The notes beneath the pieces are model-generated. The model was not told where the DNA came from. It ran no database searches and was given only the letters and a program-made list of their open reading frames with translations. The translations under genes were made by a program, and so were the position numbers. A DNA stretch of 61,686 nt, filler included, from Choristocarpus tenellus KU-1152 (Eukaryota > Protista > Phaeophyceae): assembly GCA_964200185.2 (NCBI GenBank). It is 6 parts of 6 records of this genome, joined end to end, with 100 filler letters (N's around TTAATTAATTAA, not from the genome) between each part and the next. Parts side by side here need not be neighbours in the genome. Positions count along the whole stretch, not along the records: positions 47,154 to 55,604 come from CAXNAD020004694.1; positions 55,705 to 61,686 come from CAXNAD020009244.1; 4 more parts are not named here. One strand, given 5' to 3'. This document shows, in pieces, positions 47,867-61,638 of this stretch. Position 1 is the first letter of the stretch. Each line of letters starts with the position of its first letter.

Positions 47867-50800
47867 CCTGACGATGAGAGGCATGAGGATGATGGATGCA
47901 ACTGTGTGACTGACAAAGGTTGAGATGAACATGACCACCGTCACCACCTCTACCAGCATTAGCCATGGATGATCCTGCGTTGATTTTGTTTAATCAGAAC
48001 AGGACACACACACACACACACAACATGCAGCAAGGTAAAGGTGCACAGAGATAATGGAAAGGGGCAAAGAAGGTAGTTGGTTACACAAAACAGCACAAAG
48101 GATTGATACATGCTTCCCCTTCTTGTGGTAAGGTAGCAACAGCTCTCATGGCACATTTAAGATACAGAAAGAGAGTTAGCCAATATCTAGGTAGCAGTTG
48201 GGTAAAGCACATGCTAAAGTGCATAAAGCCTGACTGTGGTGATGTACAACCATTCTCAACATTTTGAGCAAGAAACAGTATTAGGTTAGATACTATCAGA
48301 GGACAAAAACACCAATATGGAGCACAATTCGATTTATAAGTTCTTTTGGATTGATTGCGATAAACTAGAATTGTGAACCTCTATCCAACAACACTTATGT
48401 GAGCCATGAATACCTTCCCTGAAAGACACTGTACAATAAAGTTAAGGAGTGACCACACTATCTTCAAACTACACCTAATTGCCTACTAGTATTTACATTG
48501 AAAGGAACATGTGATTCTACACCTTATCACAACCTCACTACTATTGATACGTACTGATTGTCCAGCTTGCAACTACCAGTTCAAGATATTAACTAGTGCA
48601 AAGGTATTCATTCTAGAATTACACCATCTACACCACTTACCAATCGGCAAACAGCTAGGGAAATGATGTCAACTGCATCTTCTCGCTTGTATACAGGAAT
48701 ACAGGAAAATAGGGACTTGGTTACATGGGATGGAGCACAACAGGGTAGATCCTTTTTGGTGGGGGGTTGCATTGGAACCATGCCGGGGAAGCTAGTTAGT
48801 ACCAATATCAGGAGCAGATGATATGCACACAAGATATGTGAAGCTGCTTACCTCTGGAAGGAGCTTTATGGTCGCCTGTGCAAGGATATCTAGCAGATGG
48901 CTTGATGAGATGGCCTTGCCCAGGACGTTGCCCCCACCCAGTAGGAACAGGGTGTGCCATGAAAAAGAATTGAAATCAATCTGCATGAAGTTGGAAGGAG
49001 TTAGGGAAGGGGGTAGACCGTAGAGGTGAACAACCATAAAAAACAATAGGAATGTGTGAGTGGAAATGCTGAAAAAAAGAGAGGGAAACAAGACATTGTG
49101 TACCATGGCATTTACACAATGAAGTGGTCCACAACTCCACAGATGGGCCTGCATGATAGGTGAATTGTGTGTACACATGGTCATGGCCTAGTCATGACTG
49201 CAGGATGAGATGCAATCCATTCAACCACTTCAAAAGGCTGATATCTCATATATACAGATCTCCAGCCACTATGAACACATCGCTTCCACTCCCCCAGCAC
49301 AGTGTACCAGAAAATATCAGATCACAGGCAGGTGTCATGTGCGCAGATAATCAATTAACTTGTGATATAAGAACCAGATCACCACATACCTCACTAAGAA
49401 GCCCCACTCCAAACACTATCACAATGAACACAAGTGATATTATCCCAAGGTCGCCCCAGAAGTCCTCCGTGCTCCCAATGGTTGACCACCCAAAGATGGT
49501 GATCAAAGTCAATGAAACAATGAAAATGTTTCTCCGTGTCAACACATTGGGCTTGGAGTATATGATGATCGGGATCTGCGAAACGTCTGAGGGATTGAGG
49601 ATTACCATGATGATCACCCATGCCACGAAAACACCAAGGGAACAGAACGGAATACCTAAGGTAATCCACACCCCAAACGATATCTGATACCCAGCGTTCT
49701 GTGGCGAGAAAATGATAGTGGCAGCAGGAGCAGTGGCAGTGGCAGGGGGATGGGGAGTAGAATGGAACATTAGTATGATAGAAAGGATATATGTATACTT
49801 ATATATATATATGATGTATAGTATGTATACTTCGACCTCTTGTATTTGGGAATGTCATTTTTGCTTTAGGCAGGGCACGCATGTTCAGCTAAGGAGGTGA
49901 TCAATTTCACACTCAGAACATAAGGAATACAAATTGGCCAGAGAGTTTATTGATGTCAGACAGACCCTGCTTTCACTCTCATATCAGCAAAAAAATACAT
50001 TTCAAGTTTCACTACAAAAAGTTCACAAATCACATAGTAGTAGTAGTACATAAATCACATATACACTATGCTATGTATCCACACTTCATGACAGAATAAT
50101 GCAGATATGTAGGGAAATGTTGGTGTACACTAATGACATGCTGCGATAACATGCTGTGATGGGAACTCAGTGACAAAAAAATAAGCAAAGCACCTCAAGA
50201 GTCTGAGCGGCAACCACATTTTGCATGGAGGATATGGGAGTGACCATGCCTCCAAAGTTACAGGCAAATGCTAGACCCAATAGCAACGCCTTCCCAAACC
50301 TGTGTTGTAGGAAAGGAAACACAGAGCAAATGAGCAACATACCGTATCAGTTCATGAATGCTCTCATACAAAGGATCAAATATTTTGTACAAGTTTTACG
50401 GTTGAGGAGAGGAAAGGCACAAGGGAAGTGACATCATAAGCAGCAATGAGTGAATAAGGAGGAATAGGTTTAGGGTGAATGGGTGGAGAGGTTGGTAGAG
50501 ATCTAAGAGATCTGTGGGGGCTAAGCGTAGGTGGGACTAGGAGGAATGATTACATCTCTCTAAGACTAGACATTACAGGTATAGCCTGTGACCCTCACCA
50601 ATGTCATTAAATGCATGAAAAAACTAAAGATCTGAAATACCTCCAACCATACCTGTGGAAATGCTCCTCACACCATCCATAGAAACACTAATACAACTAA
50701 TATAAACCATATCCCTCCATCTACAATACATTTGTCTGATCAACAGCCTTGGTAGTCTTTTGTGCCTTTGAGCAGGCATCACGTTCACAAGTTCACATCA

Positions 50801-53800
50801 AAATTTGCACTTCTCCAGACTTGTGTAAAAGAGTAACATCAAATATTTCGTGCAAACACCCTAGAGCTCTAATTCTTCAAATCTGCGCCCCACATACCAC
50901 TTCAGCAAATGCAGTAACTGAAATATACAAGTGGATGCCACAGACCATCACAACAGTAACAATATGCAGTACATATCATTGAGAGGAAGAACACCTGTGT
51001 ACACAGACTATTACTACTCCATAGGCACACTGTATGTATTGATATCCACACTACCCGCCCCACTTCTAGCTTTACCCTTCTCACATCTATTCAGAGGAAA
51101 AGCTAACAGTATGATCAAATATACACCTACTAATTTTGGCTGAAGTAATGCACTACCGGATATGTAAATGTGTTGTATACTCTGGACTTTACACTATTTA
51201 GCAGTGCACGCTTGGAAGTGTAGAGTGCTTAACTTCCGTTCCAATGTACTATAATTTATTAACCATTTCATACACACATTGATCACAACATGCACACTTA
51301 ACTGCGCCACCCACATATGCATACTGTGTGCAGCTATCAGTAGAGCAGTTGTCCTATTAATACATAAATATATCTTATTACTATACTACGCAGAACACAC
51401 AATCAATCTGATTGGACAATCTGCACCGAGTACATAGTACATTGTACGTTCAACTCAAAATATACATTCTAAGACCGCTCTCTGTGTACTTGAAACACAA
51501 CAAGAAAAAGGCCTCACCTGCTATCCACGTTGAGGTCCTTAATAACAGGCAGAAGGATGGACACACATAGCACTGGGGCAGTATGGTTGCTGATCAGCAT
51601 AGATAAAAATAGCCCTGGGCTTTCAAGAAACACCACAAAAAAACACAATTGCAGGGCCAAGGCAGGCAGGTAAGAGGAATAAACAAGGGGCAATGAGGAT
51701 GAGGCATTAAGTGTGTCACAAGGACTGAAAAAAAAAATTGATACCACATGCAACCCATGGTCACATCTGCTTTACACCCTGTAGCTACTGAAATGCTGCC
51801 ACTAATGTCGCAATACTTTCCCATTGATACTGTTCTCCAACAGTTGTCCCTTCATGCACACATACACAAACACAGACACCTTTCACATCACCTTGATTTT
51901 TCAGGAAGGGGGCGCTTACTATGAAGTCCCAACACTCTGCCCCCCACCTTTATCCCTTCTAGTTTAAAAAAAAGGGAAAGATGTCCAGCACAGGTCAACA
52001 CAAAAGCAAGAATCATTAAGAGAAAAAAATGCCATACACCATCTTTGTACTTCATGCCCTGGTGCTCCTAACTTCAGCCCTACCATAATCTAACCACTAT
52101 AGAGCACTCTGAGATATGCATTGACACAACTGCCCCCACACATGCACCTATCCCACTCCCACTCCCACTCCCACTCCCACTTGCTACACTTACCGAGATA
52201 CATCATGCTGAGGATAAACAGACCAGGACGGTGTCCAAGCCATCCCTGCAGCACCGAGGCTATCCGTAGTTCTATTTCACACCTGATCATAACAGACAAG
52301 GTCCATTATCATTGTTCAGACAAGTGATGACAGGACAGGACACGCCATACGTCTGACACACAAAAGGTAGAGTACAACATCACTACCTCACCTATCAGGC
52401 CCAAACCAACATGTGTATACACTACCAGGAATATCGCCTACCTCAATACCCACACCTATGTGACTTCTTGGTACTAACCACAACCTATGAACTTCTCTTC
52501 TCTTGGTTATTGATGAGAAATTTAGCCACAAGTCTGGTCCTGACAGGGCCCAAGGTGACAAGCTCATCATTGCATACATAGCACACACCTCGAGAATGCT
52601 GCACTAATGCTGTATCCACCCATGATGAGGACAGTGGTGTGGTTAACCATGTGCCCCAAGACCACATGGGATGCCTTTTGTCGTGTCATATTTCCATCCA
52701 CTACCCACACACCAAGGGGGAAGGGGGAGGTTGAGGGGTGTATGGGGTCATCAGCCTGGGAGATAGTTGCAACACAGTAGGCACATGCTTGCTTCAATCA
52801 ATTTTGGGTAGAACAAATTAGAGGTATCTAACATGTCTGTGTCTGAGTTTGCATGGAACATATCAGGACCTGGGTCAGTCACACTGTGGATATAGTGTTA
52901 CATTACTGCCCCCCTTCCCCCCCTCCTCCCCTCACATGCTCTTTGGTAAAGTTCTTACTAGTACTTGGGTCTTCCAATATATCCAAGAACACCACCAGCA
53001 CTGGCACCAGTAAAGCTGTCACAAAGTATGGGATAGCCTCAGTAACCCACAATGATGTTGCCAAAACCAGCATCGCTAGGCACCTGTTGGTGGTGGCGGC
53101 AGTGGGAGGTGAATAAAAGTACAGGTATGATAAACAACCTAGATCAGAGATGCACAAATGCATTGAGGAACGGCATAGGGGCGGGGGATAGAGTCAAGTT
53201 ATCATAAACGATAGAATTCAGTGTATCATTTTGTTTTCTTTACTTTTATCAAGAACACAAATCTTATCACTGTGTGGGAGTATGTCATCAACTCTTGTAT
53301 TTTTTTATTTACATAAATTGTATATATATGTATATAGCTTACAGGAATGATTGTATATAGCTGACAGGAATGTTTGTATATAGCTGCCAGGAATGCTTGT
53401 ATATAGCTGCCAGGAATGATTGTATATAGTTGACAGGAATGATTGTATATAGTTGACAGGAATGATTGTGCACTTGCAACATCAAAGCAGGTGAGTACAT
53501 ACCTGTCTGAACAGGAGGGTAATAGCATTGAGCATGTAGAAATTATGTTGTAATCACAGCAAATATTGTATAATGTAATAAACAATACCATGGTTCTTAA
53601 TATATCAATAGCACCCATTTAAGTTGGAGGTCAACAATACACCCAAGATCAATCAATCTACAGTCCTCCTTATAAAACAGAAACTTCGCGTTATGACTAT
53701 TGTTCTATCTATTCCAGAACTTTTGTGAGAGAGAAGTATCGTCATTTTTACTATTTCCAGTTCTTCTCATTCTCACACGGTGACCACCAGAAGTTTCTTT

Positions 53801-55220
53801 TGGAAACACATTTTTTGCTAGGAGCCAACGTCAGACCATCAACAAGTCCTACCTCTTCATTTCTTGTGTTTTCTACTATTCTTTTATATCAGTGGTTTTC
53901 ACCTTTTTGTTTGATAAATATGATTGATGTCAGATGTGTAGATTACAACAACAATTTGATAGTTATTGGAATTAGCCCAGGGAAATAAACATAGTACAAA
54001 AACAGTAACGACCCAATTTTGAATACAAATTGGAGATTTCTGCCAATCAGATATGAGGGAATTGGTGGATTGGTATGACATTACAAGGTATACCACTGAT
54101 ATATATATATGTGTGTGTGTGCTGGTGACAGTATATATTCAGCACTTCATACTGCCATACCATTGTGCCAATTTATATCGGTTACATATATATATATATA
54201 CATATTTCAATCTTCAGACAGAAAAATAGAAAAAAACATAAGGCAAACTTTGCATGCCTAGGAACAACCTCAAATCAACTTCCCACAGATGGGATAGGTC
54301 AGACTAGTCAAGCCACAATTCATTTGAGGAATGTCACTGGGTTTCAAGTATTCCAATTGAGGAATGGGCACAGCAGTCTTGTACCACAACCCAAGGTGTC
54401 TAACTTGCCCCATAAGCAGAGTATATGCCACACCTCTTCAAGGAGAGAAGATTAGACAAAATGAAAAACATAGAAAACACAACCCAATAACTTTCTTGAA
54501 GCAAAATCCAAAAATGTTTAGTCATCTCTGTGGCATAATTACCTCATATTGATCTTTACGAAAATATTCAGGGAGAGTGAAAGTATCTTAGAGGGTACGA
54601 GTTTTGCCCTGTTTGTCCATTTGGGGCTAGGCGTCCCTTAGGGTTTTTATGACAATTTCGTAGTCCAAAATATTTCGGAGTAGGTATAATGTTGATGTTA
54701 TGAAAGGTGTGTTTGGAACAAGCATGTTGATACTTCCTAACAAATACGATAGCCAAATTTACATTGAAATCGCAACACTGGATTTTGGCCCCCAAATGGA
54801 CGTGGCTCTACCCTCTAACATACTTTGGCTCGGAGTGAACATGACCAAACACACCACCAACAGAAAAAGGCTCCCCAAATATTACCAGACATACCCAGAC
54901 AAAAATGAGACACTAAGAATAAAATGCCACACACAACCACCACACCTCATAAGTGACCTCAAAATTTATCACATTTAACACATCACATCAAAAATATGTA
55001 CCAGAGCTAACCCCCCCTTGCACAAGACCATCGTTTATCACTCTACCCCTTCCTGTTAGATCATTCTGGGTGTACTAAAAGATGTACTAAAAGGTGTACA
55101 ACACGTCTACAACACGTCTACAACACGTCTACAACACGGGTCTCACCTTTCTGCGTTCCCACCATCTCCACCATCCTCAGAGCTTAGATCTGGGACAAAG
55201 TTGATAGCCAGGGCAAAGAG
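47867..55220 (-). CDS. SLC13/DASS-family (Pho87/Pho90-like) anion transporter, probably phosphate; partial, 9 exons seen
   Basis: Phase-consistent exons 55147-55220, 52959-53083, 52589-52700, 52194-52282, 51518-51614, 50194-50299, 49390-49698, 48852-48980, 47867-47974. Motifs: RCLAML..LWVTEAIPYFVTALLVP, LIMGGYSISAAFS, LFLSMLISNHTAPVLC, KALLLGLAFACNFGGMVTPISSMQN, DFNSFSWHTLFLLGGG..LGKAI, STFVSHTVASIILMPLI. Confidence 0.93.
52150..52180. repeat. (TCCCAC)5 microsatellite just inside an intron 5' end
   Basis: tcccactcccactcccactcccactcccac. Confidence 0.85.
53329..53469. repeat. 23-bp minisatellite, 6 copies, intronic
   Basis: Unit TGTATATAG(C/T)TG(A/C)CAGGAATGAT in direct tandem, no spacers. 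Confidence 0.92.
54575..54831 (-). mobile_element. MITE family A, copy 4 (intronic)
   Basis: GAGTGAAAGTATCTTAGAGGGTAC...TACCCTCTAACATACTTTGGCTC, the reverse complement of copy 1. Confidence 0.9.
55097..55138. repeat. 11-bp tandem repeat, about 4 copies
   Basis: (TACAACACGTC)n directly after a splice donor. Confidence 0.85.
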
Positions 55221-55540
55221 CTGAAAATGCAGTCCGGCAGAGATGGGAAGGGAGCAACATAAGCAGACAAGGGGTGGAGGGGGGGACTTACAACAATTAT
55301 ATATATATATATATATTATATTATATGTAGTGTGCCCTCTAACAGCGAAATTGTAAGACAGTGCATCAGGGAGACTCCCATCACTATTGTACTATTGCTT
55401 GCACAATAATGGATGCCAGCATGGTGTTATGAACATGGTTCATACAAAGCAAGGGATATGGGTCAGATTTTATTCCCCACTGTTACCACATATTTACTGG
55501 GTTCGATTTGTGTTCAGCCCCAATTTCCTTCTTCTGAGTC

Positions 55541-55574
<34 letters not shown>

Positions 55575-55604
55575 TCCCCTCCTTAACGTAGAGTCTACAA
55601 ACCA

Positions 55605-55704
55605 NNNNNNNNNNNNNNNNNNNNNNNNNNNNNNNNNNNNNNNNNNNNTTAATTAATTAANNNNNNNNNNNNNNNNNNNNNNNNNNNNNNNNNNNNNNNN
55701 NNNN
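55605..55704. other. Artificial contig linker
   Basis: N44-TTAATTAATTAA-N44. Confidence 0.99.
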
Positions 55705-55765
55705 CAAGCAATCTCGCCAGGTTTATCACCTTTACCCTCTTTGACGATTTTGGGGATACTTTAAC

Positions 55766-56095
55766 AGTAGACTCCCCCCTCCCCTCCCCCCCAGATACTT
55801 TGGGTCCGACCTTTTTTTCTTGGAAGAGGTGGAATAAACTGTGGTACTATAGGGTCAAAGTATCTGGGGGGGGGGTGTCGGTGTATGTTTTTCACCCTTT
55901 ATTCGATTTCACTTTTTTGGTGTGATTTGGCTGCACGTGTTGGATTTGAAATGTCAACAAAAAAAAAAGTTCTTTGACCGAAGCGGATGCCCCCTCACAA
56001 CCCCCCCCCCCTTTTCTTGTTCTTTTGTTTNNNNNNNNNNGTTATTTGTTTGGTTTAGAAAGACAAAAAAAAAAAAAAGTTTTTTTGGCCGAAGG

Positions 56096-56131
<36 letters not shown>

Positions 56132-56144
56132 GATACTTTGACCC
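55766..56144. mobile_element. Two adjacent MITE family B elements (right end to 55806; copy 55852-56144, poorly assembled)
   Basis: CCCCCCAGATACTTTGGGTC, then GGGTCAAAGTATCTGGGGG...CCCCAAGATACTTTGACCC. Confidence 0.75.
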
Positions 56145-56210
56145 ATTTTGTGAGTGATACCTTCTCGATGATTTTTAACTGTCTCTCAAGTTTAGGCGTG
56201 TAGATTTTAG

Positions 56211-56429
56211 ATTAGAAGAGAAGTTGAAGCTGAAGCACTTTCATCCTCAAACGCCTTCTCCCAATGGTTCATTTCGCAGACCTACCCAAATGCATTGAAG
56301 TATACCAACCCCACACTCCCTGCTCTGGACGATTGGAGTGGAGAGCATTTTTCACCGCAGACGTACAGGACCACCATTGAGGCCTTCAGGAATGGGGACG
56401 ATCGTGTAGCATTTCTGAGCGTCTATCCT
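56211..56429 (+). other. Exon-like segment of an unknown protein, possibly a pseudogene
   Basis: tag/ATT..CCT/gtgaga enclosing 73 open codons IRREVEAEALSSSNAFSQWF..AFLSVYP. Downstream segments contain stops. Confidence 0.3.
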
Positions 56430-57987
56430 GTGAGACTACAGCTTATAACTTGTCCTGCAAAATATTTTTGTACGAAACTTCCCACAAACACACCAAACGC
56501 GTTTCTCTACGGTTTCCGCATATCCAATATTGTGTACATAATTGTTTTATCGTGTGATGTAGAGCGTCAGCTGGAAATCCTAGGACTAATAGTTGTATTT
56601 GATAAGAGGAAGTAAATTGATGGAACAGACTTTTGGACTGGTATTTCTTTTGCCTGGACCTTACCCTATTCTTTCCTGAAGTGGTACATATTAGACAGGG
56701 TCATGTTAGTTGGTGAACTGAACTGCATCTGCGTACCAAGTTTATTGATCACTGGGTGTACTGCTTAAGGTGGTCCAAGGTCCTGGTGCAACAATGCCTG
56801 AAGAATAATTTCGACAGAGAGCTCCGTTTCCCATGATAAATCATCATAACCCAAGACAGAGTTGATGCTCATTAGGATGTTGTGCGCGAAAATATGCAGC
56901 CCTGGGATCAAAATTGATTTACATTGCATCAATGCTGGCTCTCCTAGTTGGAAAGGGTTGTCCTTGACATATTCATGACAATACAAATTGTGCACTGACT
57001 GGAAAAGTGGTATTATCTACTCTGAGTACACCCTTGCTCAAATGTATAAAATACTAAATAGTGGTTGAGTCCTCGAGAATGGTTTGCCCGTGATGTCTCA
57101 AGCTTCTTACAGAGAAGATTAATATTTTTATGGTGGACCTGCGGAAGCTAGCAGTGCATACTGCAACAGAGGTAGAAAAAGCGATAAGCCTAAGGTTCGC
57201 GCATGCTTGAATGAATAAATTGACATTGACTGTGACCCTCGACAGATGTAAATGGCGATGATTCATGATAATGTACAAAAAGGAAAACTTGGGGGTATCC
57301 ATTTCCATTGTACAGCCCAAGATGATTCGAGTCCTATGAAGGTACAAAGGAGGTGATATCTAATGTAATCGACATGATTGGGCAGGTGAGGCGATTGCAA
57401 TGGTATTGATTAGAAGAGGCTCATTTGGTTTTTCATCATGGGATTGGAATTCTGCAGTCAGGGAAAAGCTAGAGATTTTTCTACCACTTCTGGTTGTGTC
57501 GAGGATATCCCCTAAATCACCACCGAACGCAGAAATGACAGCAGACATAATCATTTTACATGTTGTAAATTCGACTTCCTTTCTGACAGACTTTGCTGGC
57601 TTCGAAAGTTATACCTCGGAACAATATTTGTCACTATTGCTCAAGGTGTTGAGTAAAATAAAATATTTGTAACTATTGTCCCACTGCCCTATTTTAGTAT
57701 GTATGTTGTGGTCCCTCCTCCCTCTTGTTGGATCTCTGTCAAGCACTGAGGAAAAGGAAACAGTAGAACCTTTTCTACTTTTGCTTGCATTCCACCCATT
57801 CTACTACCCCCCCATTGGAACACCACTAGCCTTCGCCACTGTTTTCCAGTCTCCACCACTTTCCCCTCCACCCTGGCGTTGATGTCTATTCTAGTTCACG
57901 GTTGTACATTTTTTCCCTGGCTGCACCCAATCCTTCCTACTCTCTGCCAGATCCTTCGAAAACCACACTGTGTCTCTCTGATTGGCC

Positions 57988-58066
57988 CTAACACATACCA
58001 TGAGTGCCCCCGACTTCCTACCCTGATCTCATTTTGACTCTGTGAATGTCACCTCAACTTTCTGCT
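57988..58066 (-). mobile_element. Tyrosine-recombinase fragment (DIRS/Ngaro-like retroelement relic)
   Basis: QKVEVTFTESK*DQGRKSGALM resembles the YR motif VxVxFxxSKxDQxRxG. Confidence 0.4.
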
Positions 58067-58603
58067 ATTGATGTCTGAATGCGTGTACATATTCTGAATT
58101 TATCTACAATAAGAAAAGCAAAATACATGATCTTAAACAATATTATTGTATCGTAGTATTGTATTATTATTTGTTTGGAATTGTCCTGACCTGTGGTTGG
58201 AGGTTACAGAAACAGTGGGTTACCGCTTACACTAACTATTCATACTTGTACTTGTAAGCAACTGCTGCACTGCGGCTACTGGTACAGTCCTCATTAGCGC
58301 TTTGCTTCTTGTGTTTTGGGTTCAGCCACTACCCTGCTCATTACTCCGATTCCTCAATTTTTTGTGCTTCATCTGCCTCCGCTTTGCACACCAACAACGC
58401 CTTGTAATCTTGTTCTTGCTTGATTGCGTTGTATCAACAGATAGGATTATTCAATTGCATAATCTTTAGTGTTTACCATGCGGAATTTGATTATACACAC
58501 TGAAATTCGTGAAGAAATGGTTGGAATAATTGTATTCAGAACCTGCGACATTCATAAAGGGCACAACGATAATCATTGATTCACAAGGAAGCTGATAAGT
58601 GGA

Positions 58604-58865
58604 TATTCAAAGCATCTAAGATGGTAGGGCCGCGTCCGTAGTATGGGGTCCAAAATCCAATGTTGCGATTTTGATGTAATGTTGGCTATTGTGTTTGTTA
58701 GCAAGTGTCAATATCCTTGCTCCGGACACACCTTTCATAGGCGTATACATTTTACCTACTACAAAATGTTTCGAAAACCGAAAATGGCCATAAAAAAACT
58801 GTTGGAAGCCAAGCCCCAAAGGGACAAACAGGGCAAAACTCCTACCCTCTTCAATGGTTTGGATC
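58604..58865 (+). mobile_element. MITE family A, copy 5
   Basis: AAAGCATCTAAGATGGTAGG...CCTACCCTCTTCAATGGTTTGGATC with a colinear interior. Confidence 0.88.
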
Positions 58866-60199
58866 GGAACAGGATTAAATAAAGCAATCCCTATATATAC
58901 ACATTATCTTCTCACATGCCAGGTAAAGTATTAAGTCACCAGTAGATTTTTTTTTGTCACATTTCCTGGAGTTGTATTGGAGAACCAGCAAACTCGTGTT
59001 AGCACCGCCGGCAACATTTTCAACAAGGTAACCTTTCCAAGTTGTCACAAGTGACTTCAATGTTTCAGCCATGTATTTTGCTCTGAGCTGGGGGAGCTGT
59101 TTGGAGGAGATCAGACCCTAACGACATGGCCAAAGAATCGCACAATGTGCGATTTGATCTCTCACAAATATCCAAGTGATGTCGGGACAAACTTGCTCAA
59201 CCAGTATGTTCTGCACTGACTGCCGTATCACCACGTCAACTGATACAGATTGCGATTAACACCGTCATCAAATCAAAGACAGAGTTGTACAAGATGGCTT
59301 CCACTGTACCAGACCTGGGACATCGCATTGCTGCAGCTAGGCGCAGGTTTACGGTGAGGTGTTCATTATAGTACTCTGACTACTAGTTTCTCCTGTGCGA
59401 CTGAGTATGCATGCATGATAAGAGGATTACATTTTTCTTTTACCGTAGGGTATTATACAACTTCAAGACATACATATACTCTGGAGTACACAGGTCTTTT
59501 TCTCTAACATCAAGAGTGTGGCATTAACTAGTGTTGGACATAGTTGAACATCAATCATATTTGAGATTGATTTCTCTTTGAAAACTGGAGCTTTTGCCAA
59601 GCACGAATCAGGACTCCCAGCATTGTCCCAAACCTATGTTCAATTGTATCTCCAACTACGCTCTCACACATCTCACGTCTTGCTCGTTTCTGGTACAAGG
59701 AGGTAACAGAGTGCGGAATTTTCATGTACATTTTCATATAGTGTTCGGTACAAGATATGGCAGTAACGTAAAATAGTGTTACGATGAGTGAGATTGGTTA
59801 CAGCACTAGATGGTACAATGACACCGGCACACCCCTATACATCAATTCATGTTCAGTGTATGTCTACCCAAATACCCTGCAGCAGTTCTCAGCGATGAGA
59901 CCTTATATGCAAAGCTTTCCAACAAAGAGAACCATATATATCGCTCTGCTAACACCTGCATTGACTATATGCAGTGGACAATCATTTCCAGTTGCTTAGT
60001 CTCGCAAGCTGCATAGGTTGACAATACCTGCTTTCCTCTCTACAGGTGTGCACGGACTGCCCAGCTGATCTGTTGCCCTTTCACATAAACATCTCACCTA
60101 ATGCAACATGTGAGACACGTGAGAGCCTAGTTGAAGATGTGATTAAGCACGAAGTTTGGGACAATGGCATGTGCCCTGACTGGTGCATGGCAGAAGCTG

Positions 60200-61500
60200 T
60201 AACTTCCCAAATTAAATCAAATTCGGACGTGATTGATGTTCGACAATGTTATCCTGGCGAACACAACAGGTGATGCTACTACTGGCAGCTTGTGTTGTGG
60301 AGAAGCATATATATCTAATATAATACAATACTCAAGATCACCAAAATCTTCTATAGAAAACTGCTCCTTATTCCTGGAATGAACCCAAATCAATACATAA
60401 TTTATATCAGCCACGATAAGATCAACGTGAGGGACTATCACAGCACAAACAACGCCACCTATTACATAGCTCTGCATTGCTCAAAACCACATTGTTCCAA
60501 AACGTGCACCAACAAGTTGTTAAGCTCCCTGCTAGCCTGCTTGCTGCCATGAAGTGCTTTCACACTACACGTACAATCTTTCCTCACCATGTACCACATC
60601 CATCACAAAAACCAACAAAATCTCTTCACCAATGTCTGCCTGGATAAAGGCTTGCTTGACATCCCAATGCTTCAATTCCCAGTCTTTGTCTGCAGCTAAT
60701 GCTAAAACCATTCTGAGAGGAAGTATCTTAGAGAGTACGAGTTTCACCCTGTTTGTCCTTTTGGGTTCTTAATGACATTTTACCTAACTCCAAAATGTTC
60801 TCTGGATTAGGTAAACTGTATGCGTTATGAAAAGGTGTGTCCGGAACAAGGATATTGACATCTCCCAACAAACATGGTGCCAAATTTACATCCAAATCGC
60901 AACATTGGGTTTTGGTCCCCAAATGGACGCGGCCCCACCCTCTAAAATACTTTGACTCAAGAGCTACGTCTACTGTTACAGGCGCCCCTCAATGCTCACC
61001 TTTCCAGGATGCACAAGTCAAGTCCAACTCACAGATTATCGAACGTCAGCTCAGCAGAACAGGGGTACACTCAACGAATCAATCAGTATAAAATGTATAT
61101 AAGGTTTGACATCAGTAAGAGTGAGATATGTGGGTCTTGTTAGATCAGAAGAACTGATCTGGTATGAGCCATTTTTACGAACTCTAATCATCATTTGCTG
61201 TTGGGGGATTGTTCAGGTTTGCAAATACTGATATGTATCTGAGAACCCTTTCCGACCATCCTTCCATTACCCTCTGCAACTACCCGAGTTACAGTTTATT
61301 TTGCAACTTTTAGGCAAATCGGAGTTCCCCCTTTTGGGGTTCCCCCCGCGCGTATACTGCTCACGCTGGTTAAAGCGTGGGAAGAAATACTCGCGCTATT
61401 CGCCTGTGAAACTACTCTTACAATTTTGGGTTCTGGAGGAAGCTCATCTGCCAACACTTCAATAGAATCATCACACCCACACATCATAAGGGTAGTCTCA
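60200..61500 (-). mobile_element. Ty1/copia reverse transcriptase relic, split by MITE A6
   Basis: LPPEPK (~61425-61445, pre-RT), LRMVLALAADKDWELKHWDVKQAFIQADIGEEI (60620-60718), AVIVPHVDLIV..KEQFSIEDFGDLEY (60330-60445). Confidence 0.8.
60715..60958 (-). mobile_element. MITE family A, copy 6
   Basis: GGAAGTATCTTAGAGAGTAC...CACCCTCTAAAATACTTTGACTC. Confidence 0.9.
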
Positions 61501-61638
61501 ATGGAAACATACAATCACGTCAAAAAATACTTGAGGGCATATCAAAAACAGCAGGCTTGCCCGGATCTGGTTCGATGGGGAAGGGTGTTGTCATTGTCAC
61601 CATTTCCAGTGCTGAGGCGTCGAAGTTCTCTGTCTCTT

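Noticed and set aside
53329-53469. Possible CRISPR array
   Set aside because: The units are directly adjacent with no unique spacers, there are no cas genes, and the context is a eukaryotic intron.
17474-55704. Five identical TTAATTAATTAA palindromes within N runs, and ORFs ending in XXXLIN
   Set aside because: These are artificial contig-joining linkers, not biology. Gene neighbourhoods across them are not real.
59125-59355. HNVRFDL resembling a DEDD exonuclease motif II
   Set aside because: A single short motif followed by a stop, with no other exonuclease motifs seen.
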